DNA of 64,000 bases, taken from Octopus vulgaris (taxonomy: Eukaryota). A model generated the notes under the pieces. The model was not told the DNA's origin and ran no database searches. It saw nothing but the letters and a program-made list of their open reading frames with translations. The translations under genes were made by a program, and so were the position numbers. The stretch's first letter is position 1. Every line of letters begins with the position of its first letter. Location: assembly GCA_951406725.2 (NCBI GenBank), contig OX597820.1, forward strand, positions 59,396,001 to 59,460,000, written 5' to 3'. Below are positions 37,950 to 52,067 of the stretch, piece by piece.

Positions 37950-38156
37950 CTCTTTAGCATTTAAACTGGCCATATCCAGCCAAAATATTCTGTGCCTTTT
38001 ATGTTCAAACTAACCGGATCCAACATCTCACACCTACCCTAAGAATAAACAATCGCATTATTGGAATTTTGAAGTCATGAGATAATGCATGATTAATTCA
38101 AAACAATGTGAATAAATAAGCACTGCATTTGACAGAGTAATTTGAATGCTTAAGGA
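37950..38156. mobile_element. piggyBac-type MITE family B
   Basis: ttaa-ctctttagcatttaaactggccatatcc start; homologous to 32648 and 58936. Confidence 0.72.
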
Positions 38157-39890
38157 TAAGGATTAAATCAACTAGTTCTAAGAGGACATTGTGAGTGAAG
38201 GGACATTGAGACCAGGTAGACTTATAGCTTTTTGAAAGCCAGCAGGATCCACATGTAGATAATCCACAGTAACCTGTTGCAAGGGTAAATCTCCAATTAA
38301 GGAGAGAGAGAGGCAGAGACAGAGTAAACATCAACTCTAGCAGTGAAGACAGAGAAGCTAAAATAAAACTTGTGTTTCTCCAGACTCTCTATGATGAACC
38401 ACTAAAATCACATTGTACACTCACCTTGGACTTAAGTCTGCTCCACTCCACATAAGAGAGTTTGATTTTACTACTATACCCCCATTACCATCTCTATCCA
38501 GAGGCCGAGAGGAAGAGCAGGTTAACCCTACATTACCAAGACCTTTGTCCTCTCACACCAGGCCAGATTAAGTCCATCCTAATCTACATCAGTGTGCGAG
38601 CTTAGTTCTTGCAATTCCTCTCCCACCACCATTGCTGCTGCCGCCGTCACGATGTTGGAGGGATTGGTGGTGCAGCTTCATTCCATATCACTAGGTTCTA
38701 CTTGTAAGAGCTCTTGTTAAAGAACCAGTCCTCACATCAACAACTAAATCTCAGTAAAGGGCTATCAATAACATTGTTTTCTCTGCTCAAGAATTTGTAT
38801 TGTGGTGTGTATGTGCGCACATGTGTGTATGTGTGTGCATGTATGTGCATATATATATATATATATATGTGTTGTTTATATGTGTCTCTATGTTTATTCA
38901 TGGAGGTATATGTACATTTTCTGCAAGTTTATATGTACTTGTGTATGTAATGGGTGTGTGTATGCATATGCACTTATGTATATGTTTGAATGTTTACTTG
39001 AGGTTAATGTAAGCATATGCGGTTGTGTATGTGGTTATGTGCATGAACGTGGATGTTTATATATATATGTATGTTTATGCATGAGGTTTTGTAAGAATGC
39101 ATTAGTACTTCTATACTTACACATATGTTTACATATGTATATGTTTTCATGTGTTCACATGTGTGCATGTGATCGTGTGTGTGTGTGCCTGTGTTTCGTT
39201 TATGTGTTTGAGCTTTATGGTGTAGATTTGCTTTCTAAACTATCAACTGAAACAGGGAAAGGAGGTGTATGTCTAGTACCGGGTGTGTATAACAGAAATG
39301 AGGGAATGGGTGAGGTGTATGTGTATGTGTGTGTGCGTGCGTGTGATCATCTGAGCAAAGGAGAGTGTGTGTTTATGAGATCATGTATGTGTGTGTGTGT
39401 ACATTATATAAGTAAATAACCATAGGTGAGGGTAGCACTAAATGTATCACCATCATCATTGTCATTGCCATCGCCATCATTGTCATCATCATCATCATCA
39501 TCACTATCTCTTTTCCATGCGTGTATGGATTTGACAATGTGTAAATACATGCACACACACACACACGCGAGGTATATGGAGGATAACAGCTGAGTAAAGA
39601 ATTGCCAGGATAGCCAAATGGAAAGGAAACTGTGAAAGGGGTAAGACAAGAGTAGAGGTGGCTAAAAGCTGACCTTAGGACGTTGAACTTCATTCGGGAT
39701 TGTACTCTTCTAAAGGAACGAAGAGACAGACACACAATGTGTGTCTGTGGGGGTTGCAAGTGGATACAAACACAAGTGTCTGCGTTGGCTTGAAAGTAGA
39801 AAAGATCCACATACATCCATGCACTCGTACATACATATTTTTTATTTAGGTAAACTTAGGACCGTCTTAGCAAGTATTATATAGCCTCCA

Positions 39891-40088
39891 GAGCTGGCAG
39901 AAACGTTAGCACGCCGGGCGAAATGCGTTGCCGTATTTCGTCTGCCGTTACGTTCCGAGTTCAAATTCCGCCGGGGTCGATAAATTAAGTACCAGTTACG
40001 CACTGGGGTCGATGTAATCGACTTAATCAGTTTGTCTGTCCTTGTTTGTCTCCGCTGTGTTTAGCCCCTTGTGAGTAGTAAAGAAATA
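39891..40088 (+). mobile_element. SINE family 2, young, core partly deleted
   Basis: Lacks the gaggtcgactttgcctttcatcctttcg segment present at 16024-16051. Confidence 0.88.
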
Positions 40089-40577
40089 TATATAGCCTCC
40101 ACCGGCTGAGTGTGTGTGTGTGTATGTGTAAGCGCGCGCAATGTCAGTGCATTGGACCCTATAGTGTGAATACATTGACAGACAGCAAGCCATAGCATAG
40201 ATAGATCGGAATTAGGCCCGTATGCCCCCGTAGGACCGCGCGGACCCCGGACAACTGCGCAGTGTGTCCATGTGTTAAAACGGCATTGGGTAAATTTGAC
40301 TGAGGGAGATGTTTGTGCACGCGCGCGCGCGTGAGAGACAGAAAGAGAGAGGCGAAGGAGGAAGAAGGGTGTGAGTGTGTATGACTAAGGAAGGCCTATG
40401 GACAAACCCCTGTTCAGATGAGAATACGTTACATACATACATACGAACATCCATACGCACATGCATACATACATACTAAATTACCATTCTAGTTAGTTGA
40501 AGACTGTTTCTCCACTTCACCTCCCCGCCTCACTCTTTCACACACGATCCTATTTTAATTCAACTTCCCTGTCCAAA

Positions 40578-40609
<32 letters not shown>

Positions 40610-40718
40610 ATTCTTTTTTATTATTTTATTTGAATGTTAGTTTGTAAAAGAGAGAAAGAAGGGAAAGAAAGAGAGAGGTGGTGGTGGTGGAGGAGGGCGA
40701 GAACCACACCTCTGCTTC

Positions 40719-40727
40719 TGGGAGGTC
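40719..40727 (-). promoter_or_regulatory. One-mismatch Gli site GACCTCCCA in a CpG-retaining region
   Basis: TGGGAGGTC on the + strand, inside the CpG-rich 39.5-41.2 kb segment. Confidence 0.35.
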
Positions 40728-42359
40728 CTTCCTGCTGGTTAGTTAGGGTAAGCAGCTAAACAACTTCACATAGCTGGAATACTTATATCATACCACACAC
40801 AAAACGTACACATGATACATACACAACACTACTAACAGGAACACACACACACACACACACAATATACATGCCAAACACACTCATAAACACAGCAGTACCA
40901 TTACCGTACATACACAACGTCGCTACGCGCGCGCGCACACACACGCACGCAGTCTTACTATATGCTTAGCATCGTCATCCCCACATACGGACACACACAC
41001 ACACAATATATATATATACACAACTTTAACATCACCACACACAAGCAGACACACTATGATATACATACTACCACCACCACCACTATCGCCGCCGCCGCCG
41101 TCGTCATCATCAACAGCAGCAGCTAGCAAGATAGCCAAGCCAAAACATTATAGTGTTGTTTAAAAAGTAAAGCTATATAGCACACAGCAAAACCTTGCGG
41201 TTCACATACAGAGGGGCAAAGTTAGGGTAAAGAAGAGAGATAAAGAGTGAGAGAGAGGGAAAGAAAGAGAGAGAGAGAGAGTGAATGAGCTGAGTGGGAG
41301 AAGAGACAGAGATACCTAAAAGAGTAATGATAGTGGTAGTGGTGGTGGTGGTGGTGGTGGCAGCGGTAGTGCTTAGCAATTTACCATGTGTCCCTGTTTC
41401 AAGCTAGAGAGGTGAAGGGTTTATAGAACATATACACATACATAGAGTGTGTGTGAGTGCGTGTGTGTATGCGTATATATATACACACACACAAGTTAAA
41501 TAAGTTTGAGTGTATGTATGCCTTGCTCCTCATCTCCTCGATCTCTCTCTTTCCATATATATGTGTGTGTGAGTATAAAATATATACACATGTATGTATG
41601 TGTATGTACACATGCAGAGTCCAACCCATGCCAGCATAGAAAACGGTCAGTAAATGACAATATGTGTATGTATGTATATCTATCACAAAAGGGAGAAAAC
41701 AACGAGAATCCTTATCTTTTGTCTGTCCTAACGAGTAGTAAGGGGTGTGTGAAATTCTGCATCCCACAAGCTAGTAGAGATGCAATTTGTTCCTTCCCCA
41801 TCAAAATCCGGCTCTTTTCCAAGCAACAGGAACTTTGCCGTTTTTCATCAAATTCCAGCTGTAGTTGGTTATAGTCAGCTGGTACTCCAGCCATGATCAA
41901 CTCATCTTTTTTCTTGGCATAGTGTACTTAGGCCACATTATTCAATGAATACATTAGTAAGATACAAAATGCAATTTGTGGGAGATTTGGTTGCTATTTC
42001 CAGCAAAATGAACAACATTCCACCCACCTGTAGAGGTTCATTGGTTCTAAATTCAAGCAGTTGTTGATTAGCCCAAAGTTGGCCCTGATTTAGCAGACAG
42101 ATCTATGATCAAAAGTATTCCAGCTGTGACTGTGTGGTATTATTAAGTTTATTTTTCAACCATATGGCTTTGGGTTCAGTCCCACTGTGTAGCGTCTTGG
42201 GCAAGTGTCTCTACTATAGTCCTAAGCTGACTAAAGCCACGCGAGTGGATTTGGTAGATGGAAAGTGAAAGAAGTTCATCACACAGACACATACATACAC
42301 AAGGGGGTGCTGAAAATTCTTGGCTTTAAAGGTAAAGATATCATGAAAGGTCTGCTTAG

Positions 42360-42810
42360 CAACACTTTGTCCATTATTATGTTATGAGTTCAAATTCTGC
42401 CGAGATTAACTTGGTCTTTCATCCTTTTGGGGGTCAATAAAATAAGTACCAGTTACGCACTGGGGTTGATGTAATCGACTGGTCCCCTCCCCACAAAATT
42501 TCAGACCTTGTGCCTATAGTAGAAAGGATTACTACTGTAAAAATAGTTGTATTTTGTTTGTAATTCTAGTGTGTATTATATATTGTTAAGGCATTGAACT
42601 AGCAGAGTTGTTAGCATATAGAACAAAATGCTTTGTGGTATTTCTTTATGATTTATGTTGAGTTGAAATACTGCTGAGGTCAGCTTTTTCTTTCATCCTC
42701 TAGGGATCGATAAAATAGGTATCAGTTGAGCACTGGGGGTCTGTGTAATCAACTAACCCACCCTCTCCCACAAAATTGCAGGTTTTGTGCTTATAGTAGA
42801 AAAGCTTATA
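42360..42810 (+). mobile_element. Two tandem older SINE family 2 copies
   Basis: Core and the aaaatttcag..cttgtgcctatagtagaaagg tail are each seen twice. Confidence 0.75.
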
Positions 42811-45800
42811 TAATATTGTATATATTACTGTGTTTTATAGTGTATTACTTGTAAATATTATGATGTACATTATTGTATGTTACAGTATATGCTTATTCCA
42901 GTATATTGTTGTGTCCACTCCTTAATGCAAGCATTCGGGTCAAGTCTCTGGTTTTCGAATATCTCCCTCCATCCATCCCACCCACTTAAAATTCCTTGAC
43001 AATACAACAGGCACTGCTCTTCCAGAAAAATGAATCAAATAATTTACTGTTTATTATTTGTGAGAGATTCAACAAACAGAAAATGCATTGAAATCATTAT
43101 GATGGAAACAAAGAGTGTTCATGTGTCCAACCGGTTTCACTGTTTGAAGTTAATCATGATTTTGCAATGAAAAATGTTGGTAAAATTTCATCACAAAATG
43201 CTGTTGAGAGTAACAGTGAAAGTAATATATGAATGTTGTTAACAGAGACTGAGGAGGTAATAAATGAAACATTTACATTCTTTAACTAATAATAAACATA
43301 CAGACAGCATATCTTCTTATTTGCAGAACTAAACATGCATTGTCCTGGATTTAAGGTATCAATCATATTTGGTTTGTATAGAGTAAATTTTTTATTGTAC
43401 TTTGCTTCATTTTGAGATGAATTATGATGTATTTGTAAGAACACATGTTGTGTGTATTTATGTCTACATGTATGTATGTTTATTTCTGCACAAACATATG
43501 TATGCATACATATATAATGGTACATATTTGAATGCAAAGAACCAGCCTCTGGATTCAATCATACATCGTTTCTTGTAATAACAGTCATCATTCCCTCTTT
43601 AACCCCTCATAACTATGGTTATGTCATAGGCATACACATGCAATGAAGAAGGCAACACTAGAAGGAAACATGAACATTATGTATATTGAAAAACCCCTTG
43701 GAATGGAAAAAGTTGAAGGCTGCTTGCAGGATTTGAACCCAATATTCTACATCCCCACCCACCCAGTTACAGACACATCCAAAACAGCACTAGACAGCTT
43801 TTGAATTTGTAACCAATTTGAGGATGAAGTACAACAACAATCTCATAGAAAGAAACAATCATACATTGCTTGCTTATTGGGTAAAACTGCTGCAGTTTAA
43901 ACCAGAGGGCACCAATGAATTTCTTCTCTTGATTAAAGCTATAAAATGTTTTATCTGTAGCACTAAGGTGTTACCTTGAGATGGAAGGAGAGATTTTATA
44001 TGGAATTCAAGTTATATATGGTCAAATACAATAAGCTTGCTTAAGTAATTAATTTTATCTTGTTTATTTATGATGATTTTAGTCAAAGGATGAAGGTACC
44101 TTTGTAACCCTTTTTAAGATTGTCTGAGACTATTCAAAGGAAGTTAACAGATTTTACTCAATAGCAGCAGAGTGTGCCCACCTAAAGGCAGGTGTTACTA
44201 AAACAGGTGACAGAATAAGCCTACCACCTAAAATTACAAACCTAGGTCATTCCTGATTCTGCAAACTTATATGATCAAAGACATCCCTACTGTGACTCTT
44301 CCATTTGTTTGCATATTTATGTTTACAACTCTGGTGCTGGTGCCATGTAAAAAGTACACAGAACACTGTGTAAAGTGGTTGGCACTAGGAAGGGCATCCA
44401 GTTGTAGAAACCATACCAAACCAGATTATGGAACTTGGAGTGGCCCCTGGTCTTGCCAGCTCCTGCCAAGCCATCCAACCTATGCCAGCATGGAAAATGG
44501 ATGTTAAATGATGATAATGAATAACCAATGTGTTCTTACAGGTTGCTGTTTTTTTTTTTCAGATTATGATTCCACATTGGATCACAAAATGGTAAGGCAT
44601 ACACAGGTGTGAAAGGTTTGTGTTGGGATATTAGTTTTAAACTCAGTATGTCACAAATTTTAAGGTGAAAAGTGGAATTATATAGATGACATTTGATTCC
44701 ATTGATTTCCAACATTGGTATTGTTTCTTTTTTATTTGTAAGCTAAGTTGACCAACCTACCAATAAAGAAAAGGTCATGAATATGTATTCATGTGTATAT
44801 ATTATCTATCAAAATGTATAAACATTCATATACATGCATACATGTATATCTATATATATATAAATATATACACACAGAAACATACACATGCATACATATG
44901 CACACATGCATCCACAAATTCACACACAATCTATTGCTTTGTTAAGAAAAAAAAATGACAAAAAGAAAAAAGATAATTGAGATTGGAAGGGGGAAGAAGA
45001 GGAAAAAGATGAAGACACATGTGTGTTGTGTATGAAGTGGGTGAGAGGGGTAAACAGAATAAACACAAGTAAATTGATAGGAAATTACAAAAGTTGGAGA
45101 GAGAGAGAGGTGGGGTTTGTTCATCTGACAGCTATAACTTACTTCACTGGGCCCTGGGGGTGTAAGTGAGTAATGGGAGGTGGTGGTTGAGAGAGTTGGA
45201 ATCTGGGTGAAGATGAAGAAGAGGAGAGGGTGGTAGAGTTGCATGGTTGGTGGTAGTGGGGAGGTGATGGGGAATCAAGTTTGTATACACATACACAGAT
45301 GTATGTGTATGTCTGTGGAGGAGGGGAACTAATTTAGTGGGTGGCCTGCTGAAGACTTACCCTGTTGGAAGTATTGGTGGCTTGTGTGTGTGTGTGTGTA
45401 CATGTATGTGTGTGTGTGAGGAGAGGGCTTGAAGAATTTTCATTCAATACCCACCACCAAGATTTTTTTTAAAGTTTTCTTTTCAAGATATATATATATA
45501 TATATATATTGCAACTTGCCTGTTACCCCACACAGGTCAGAATTTTGAATTTACAAAAACTGATAATAGGAAAGTAGGAAGTATAAGATCTTAAAAGAAA
45601 TCTGTAATTCCCTTGCCAAAATCCTGAAGGAAGGAAACTGAAGTTTATACACAAACACACCGATCCAATTTACTGCTTTCAAATTTTATATATATTTATT
45701 GTAAAAAGGAGACTGGATTTATCTATTTTGTGTATATATTGTATGTGTGTACAAATATATTGTGTATATATATACGTATATGTATATCATCATTTAATGT

Positions 45801-46375
45801 CCATTTTCCATACATATATAATTAAATAGATATATAGATCAATTTTAATTCTCCATTTTTCTGATACATTTTTCCAATTAAAAATTATGGTCTTAATTTC
45901 ATATTTGAGTTTTTAAATTCTAATTTTTGTGGGTGGGGTGAAATTTTGCTTTTCAAGCAGGTGTAAAACAAGTACATCACCTCTTATTTGTATGTTTACC
46001 TTATTCTGCCCATCCACATATGTTTATGTACCTGTCCACATTTCACTCTTATCAACCCATATTTTAAATATATAAAACAAAAATGTTAAAAAAAAAAAAA
46101 AAAACCAATCCTCCTCCTAAAGGGAATTTAGGAAGTTCTCTTTCTTTTATAAATATTACAAATTTTAGGGTGCGTTTCGTGTGTGTTAGATTAGATATTC
46201 TATGGGTGGGCTATCAGATTTACAGTTTTTTTCTCTTCTTTTTATTTTAAAATATGGGTGGGTAATGGGTAGAAATGTTTATGAGTGAGCATAAGTAACT
46301 GCTGTACCCATTAAATACATACTATTACTCACAACACATTGTGTGTGTGTGTGTGTGTATGCATTTATGTATATT

Positions 46376-46950
46376 CCTTTACTTGTTTCAGTCATTTTGA
46401 CTGTGGCCATGCTGGAGTACCATCTTTAGTTGAACAAATCGACCCTAGGACTTATTCTTTGTAAGCCTAGTACTTATTCTATTGATCTCTATTACCGAAC
46501 CACTAAGTTACGGGGATGTAAGCACACCAGCATCGATTGTCAGGCGATGGTGGTCGGGACAAACACAGACACACAAACATATACTGTAACCACATGTGGA
46601 TCGTTGGCGATTTTTTACCTTCATCTTCCTTTCCTCTTTGCTTGAAACATAAAACTACCTTTCTTTCCTTCTCTGAGTGTCTGCTAATACTTTGCATGTA
46701 CCACATCCTTGCATCGTCGTTTTTTTCTTGCACTTGTTCTTCATTTTTGGGGGATTTACTATATATATATGTATATATATATGTATATGACAGGCTTCTT
46801 TCAGTTTCCGTGTACCAAATACACTTACAAGGCTTAGGTTGGCCCAAGGCAATAGTAGAAGACACTTGCCCAAGGTTCCACACAGTGGGACCGAACCCAG
46901 ACCCATGAGGTTGGGAAGCAAGCTTCTTACCACACAGCCACTCCTGTGCC
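46376..46950 (-). mobile_element. SINE family 1 interrupted by a ~175-bp insertion (46585-46760) in its TA tract
   Basis: Both SINE halves are collinear with 8589-8984; the insert is unrelated. Confidence 0.85.
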
Positions 46951-48983
46951 TCTATGTATCTTATATATATGTGCATAATTATGGTCACTACTGAGAGGGA
47001 ACTCAATATTTTTATAAGCAGAAAGCATCTGTATTTCCAACCACTGACTCCCCTAAGAACCATCCATATATGAATACACATACATACATACCTGTTACAC
47101 ACACATGCACACACACTGTTACTAGTGACAGGTCACACTATGAAAAATGTTATTACTAGTTTATATGGATTTAATAAATAAGTTACATCTCTAAGTATTT
47201 AATAGCTAAATAATTATTATTGTTATTAATAACATATATTTATTGCAACTATACAAATGAGATATTTACTTCATTTCTATTTCAATTTAAAACTGTTTTT
47301 ATTTTGAAAATTTGAATTAATTTCAAACATTTGTACAAGTAGCAAAAAATTTGAAAAAAAAATGTAAAAATTGATAATTACTGTGTGTATCTTAATCCAA
47401 TATTACCCACAGTGGCAAAAGTATATTGTCAACATTATCAGTCATAAGCTCATGCATGGGTGTTCTTCCTGACACTAACCTTTCCTGTTTTTTCAAGTGA
47501 AGTACTATAGTCCCACACATTTGCACAGTGAACTGTTAGCAGATGACTTGTTTATGGAAGACCTAAATCATGTCACTGTTGAAGCAATGCTAATATGAAG
47601 ACTACCCTTACAGTACCGCCATAAACACACATGACAAACATCCTGCAACTAAATTTCACTTACATTAACACTGATCATCTCAATGCTATAGTAGAGGACT
47701 GGCTCCCAAACCACATGGCAAACTCATGTGTACCAAACAGCCAAATACAATGAATGGCAGAATCCCTTTTAGATTTTCTTAAATCCAGCCCAGCGTAACT
47801 TTGCTTTTCATCCTTAGGACAATGAAACAACACACCAATTTGAAACCAGGTTCAACCTCACTGAACAACATCTTGAGCAAGCATTTTCTAATGCAAGTGT
47901 CCTGTGCCTAACCAATGCTTTGTGAGTGTGTGTGTGTGTATGTGCGCATGTCTTTGTGTTTGCATTCCAACAGTCCACAGGTAATTTTATCAACTGCAGA
48001 AGTATGAAAAATAAAATTGATCGCAGTGTGATTTGAACTTGCAAAAGGGGCTAGAATGAATACTGCAAGCATATGTTCAGCAGATGCTTTGCCTGGTCAA
48101 GGAATTGAAACTGACCTATGTCTGTTGAGTTCAAACCCAAACCAACACAAATTATATATATATATATATATAGTTTAAAGAGAGAGAGGTGGGTGAACAG
48201 ATAATATAACCTTTTAAGCTAAGGGTGGGACTAGCTGGTTCCATTCACACTTTTGAGTCTTGTTCTAAGAAAAAAAAGTCATAGCTGCCACCACCACAAC
48301 CATCACCATCATTCATAGCTCTCTCTCTCTCTCTCTTTCTTTCTCTCTCTCTTCTTTCTATCACCAGCTTCTACCCAGTTTCAAACATTATTAGAGTGAC
48401 ACCACACACATGATCAGATACTCCACTGGTGCTTTCACCACCACTGCCGGCACCATCACCATTTTACTTAAAGCTTGCTATTCTGAGTAAATAGAGTTAA
48501 GGGAGAAAGAGGGAAAGAGAGACAGAGTGAGAGAGAGAGAGAAAGAAAAAAAAAAAAACTAGAATGTTTGGAGGTAGGGGTGGGATAAACTTAAAGTGGA
48601 GTGGTGTTATTGATTAGGGTGGGGAAGCAGCTGAAGGAAGACAGAGTATGAGGATGAGGGATGAAGAAGTAGGGGAGGGGGTGCTGGTATGTAGAAGAAA
48701 ACAGAAATGAGGAGAAATGGCGGCAGTAGTGATAGTGGTAATGGTAGAGGGAGGAAGTGGAAGTAGTGGATGCAATAGGGGTGGGGTGAGTACACAATGT
48801 AGAAGAGAGAGAGAGAGGGTGTGTATATGTGTGTGTCAGAGTAGAAGAAAAGTGGGAGCAGGGGGTCGTAGTGGGGTAGGGTAGAGAGAATGCTGGGAGA
48901 GTGCACCCAAGCAAAGGGGTGAGGGTACTGTGAAGGAAGGAGAAAAGTGAAGGAAGGCAGCTTCCACCCACAACCAGAAAACA

Positions 48984-48992
48984 GACCACCCA
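48984..48992 (+). promoter_or_regulatory. Perfect Gli/Ci consensus site GACCACCCA (ptc large intron)
   Basis: Exact 9-mer within a purine-rich non-TE segment. Confidence 0.5.
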
Positions 48993-49028
48993 GCTCTGTA
49001 TGTATGTGTAACATTATATGTGTGAGCG

Positions 49029-49064
<36 letters not shown>

Positions 49065-49954
49065 ATATGTATATACAGTTGGAATAAACAAAGATGCTAA
49101 GAGAAATAAAACAATAAAACTTAGATGAAATAAAGAATTTTTGGTAAATTTTATAGATATTTTTGATTTTGTTTTGAAGTTTTCTCATTTCACTATGACT
49201 AAAGAGAGAGAGAAAGAAAGGGAGAGAGAGTGTGAGCCCTGTGTGGCTGAGTGTGTGAGAGAGGTGTGTGGCTGGAAGCTTACTGAGGGGGAAGCAAACA
49301 TATTGTTAATACAGCATACACCACCAACACCATTGCCACCACCACCACCACCACCACTACTACTACTACTACTAGTACAACTACTACCACTACTACTATG
49401 ATCAAGACATTCACCTAGCAAATCCTCCTTCACTTCCACCTCTGTCATCATCATTGTTGCTGCCACCACCATCACTGGTTATTACACACCTCCTCTGCAA
49501 ATTTTTATCTTTCTCACAGTTGCCCCGCATGTGGTAAAGAAATTTGTTTCACAACAATGTGACTCCAGGTTTGATTCCACTGAGAAGCACCTTTGGGGTA
49601 AATATTTTCTGCCAGAGCTTTGGGTCAATTGAAGTGGAATTTGGTTGACAAGAACTGCACAGAAGAGCCTCCATATATTATGTGTTGGAAGGTGTCAAAA
49701 TTGTGAGGATATTTGGTTGGAAACTGATGAGGGAGTTGGGCTTGTCTGCATCTGTTGTGTTTTTTCTCTTGTTTTTCCATAAATCCCACTGTTGTCCCCT
49801 TGTGCCATATTTCCATTATGCATGCATGATATACATACATAACTGAGAAACCATGCCAAATCAGAATGGAATCTGGTGCATCCCCTCAGCTCACCAACCC
49901 TGGTCAAACTGTCCAACCCATGCCAGCATGGGCAATGAACATTAAATGATGATG

Positions 49955-49986
<32 letters not shown>

Positions 49987-52067
49987 CTGTGTTTGTGTTC
50001 ATGCTGGTCTGAACAGTTGTAGACTGGAATACATATAGATGGCCAAATAAACCATACAGCCATCAACTAAAAACTATAATGTTTACCTTAATAAACACTG
50101 TAAATTAGTCAAAATACTAGTCTGATGGTGAGTTAAGGAGAGTAGTGAGTGATTTATTAAAATTATAGCATCATCATTATTGTTTTACTGTCCCATTTTA
50201 CCATTTTCTACTGCTGCATGCCCTTCCTGTCACCAACCCTTGGCTGATTCTAAGCAAAGTAATATTTCCAATGGCCAGATATGTTTACACAGAAGACTGG
50301 AAATGAAGGGCATTATATATATGACGGTGATACTCATTTACAACCATCATACAATGTAGAAACAAAGGGGCATATACATATACATACAGGCATACCACCC
50401 ATCTTCTCTTTTTATTGTGTAACTTTGTGCCAGTGTCAGAAAGCAATATTGTCTTAGCTGACATCAACTCTGCTCCTTATCCATCCTTCTACTCCATCTT
50501 TTCCACATTAAACAAATAACATCCATGTTCGGTATGATATCTCTCACCACTAAAGGAGCCTCCACATAGTTACTTAGCTTGCTAGTAGTAGCAGGCAAGA
50601 TTTTTGAAATTTAACCTCAACTGTAGTTATATGTGAGAAATGGAATGGTCACAGCTATGTCTGGTCATAAAGCCAACACAGTCAGATTAAATGGAAACAA
50701 CTTTTAGGAGTCTTTATGAATGTAGGTCAAGACATGTTTAAAAAAAAAGGCAGGATAGTCACAATACAAATACCTTTGATTATATGTGTTTCATTGAGTT
50801 TCTGAAAGGTTCCAAATTTCGGGGAGTGGGTGGGAGGTGAGACTCCTTAAATCTGTGTCAACCCATTGGTTGTCATTCAAGGTGTACATGTATATTGAAG
50901 GGTGAGAGTGGTAGCTTATTCCAGCCAAGATAATTGAGGTATAATCACCTAAGCTGCTCAACAACGGCAACAACAATAACAAAAAAATGATTTATCTGAT
51001 TGTGCAACCTGCAAGAATTAGTGGTCAAATATTCCTAAAATCATATTCTACCATCTTCAAAACAGAAAGGTTGGACACATTGGAAAATGTAATTTTAGAT
51101 ATACAAGGAAAATGAGATGGTCATAAATGGAATGATTATGGGTCAACTCAATTAGTAAAGAAGTGGGACTAAACAACAACAGTAATAGCAGTCAAAACGT
51201 AACCAATGCTCTGAAAGGTGAATTAGATATTTAAGCAATCAAAAGTTGACTATAACATATTAATTCAGACTACAATCAGAGCAACAAGCATGTCACTCTA
51301 GGAACCTCCAAATAAATGTATAACCACCTGAAGTAGGAAATTAATTAATAGGTAAGGAACGAACAATATTGTAGATTAGGTCACCATTAGTTTTTACACA
51401 AGGAGTGTATGAATAATCTACAATTGTTCATAATGACAACACATATCTGTGCATGTATGAGTATATATATATATATATATATAAATGCTTAGAGAGCTCC
51501 TTAGAAGAAGTAGTTAGCTTCTGATACCTAGGTGATCTAATTAGCAGCGGAGAAGGTGTCTTTTGAAAGCTTAGTAACTTAAGAATGGAGAGGACCTCAC
51601 AATGGCAATGACAATAATCCTCAAAAAGTGGTGAGACATGGAAGAAGAGATGTAAAATGATTACATGTCCATACATAGACACTGAGTGTACTGAGTAATT
51701 GTGAGCACAGCTTGGTGTCCTGCAAGATGATCATAGCAAGCAGAGCAAAATATCCAAGTCAACTGGCATTTGTTAGTTTTAGGTAGTCGTGGCATTATTA
51801 TTGTTCAGTGGTAGATTTCGTAATTGTGGTCAGTCCAGGAGACTTCTGGCATGAAAATAAATCCAATATATGAAAATTTCAATTTCCTCAGAGTTCATAT
51901 ACCATGCTCGTTCAGAATATGTAGGTGTAACTATATATGATGTACCATCACTCAGTTTGATCTGAGGCCGCCTTTGACTGTTTAAACATTTGTAACACTT
52001 GTTTTTATATGAGTGTAATATTATAGGGTATGTAATAATATGGAGTGCAGTATGTAGACATAAAGGT

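Noticed and set aside
38420-38520. Strong minus-strand donor CAAG|gtgagt near 38425
   Set aside because: No convincing upstream acceptor or Patched-like reading frame.
40143-40180. Short inverted repeat tgtcagtgcatt/aatacattgaca as a pre-miRNA
   Set aside because: Only about 12 imperfect base pairs, and it does not extend.
48960-49000. LWVEA in minus ORF 48836..49066 as possible ptc exon 2
   Set aside because: No GT donor after the motif, and the upstream residues do not resemble TM1 or ETxVExLWVE.
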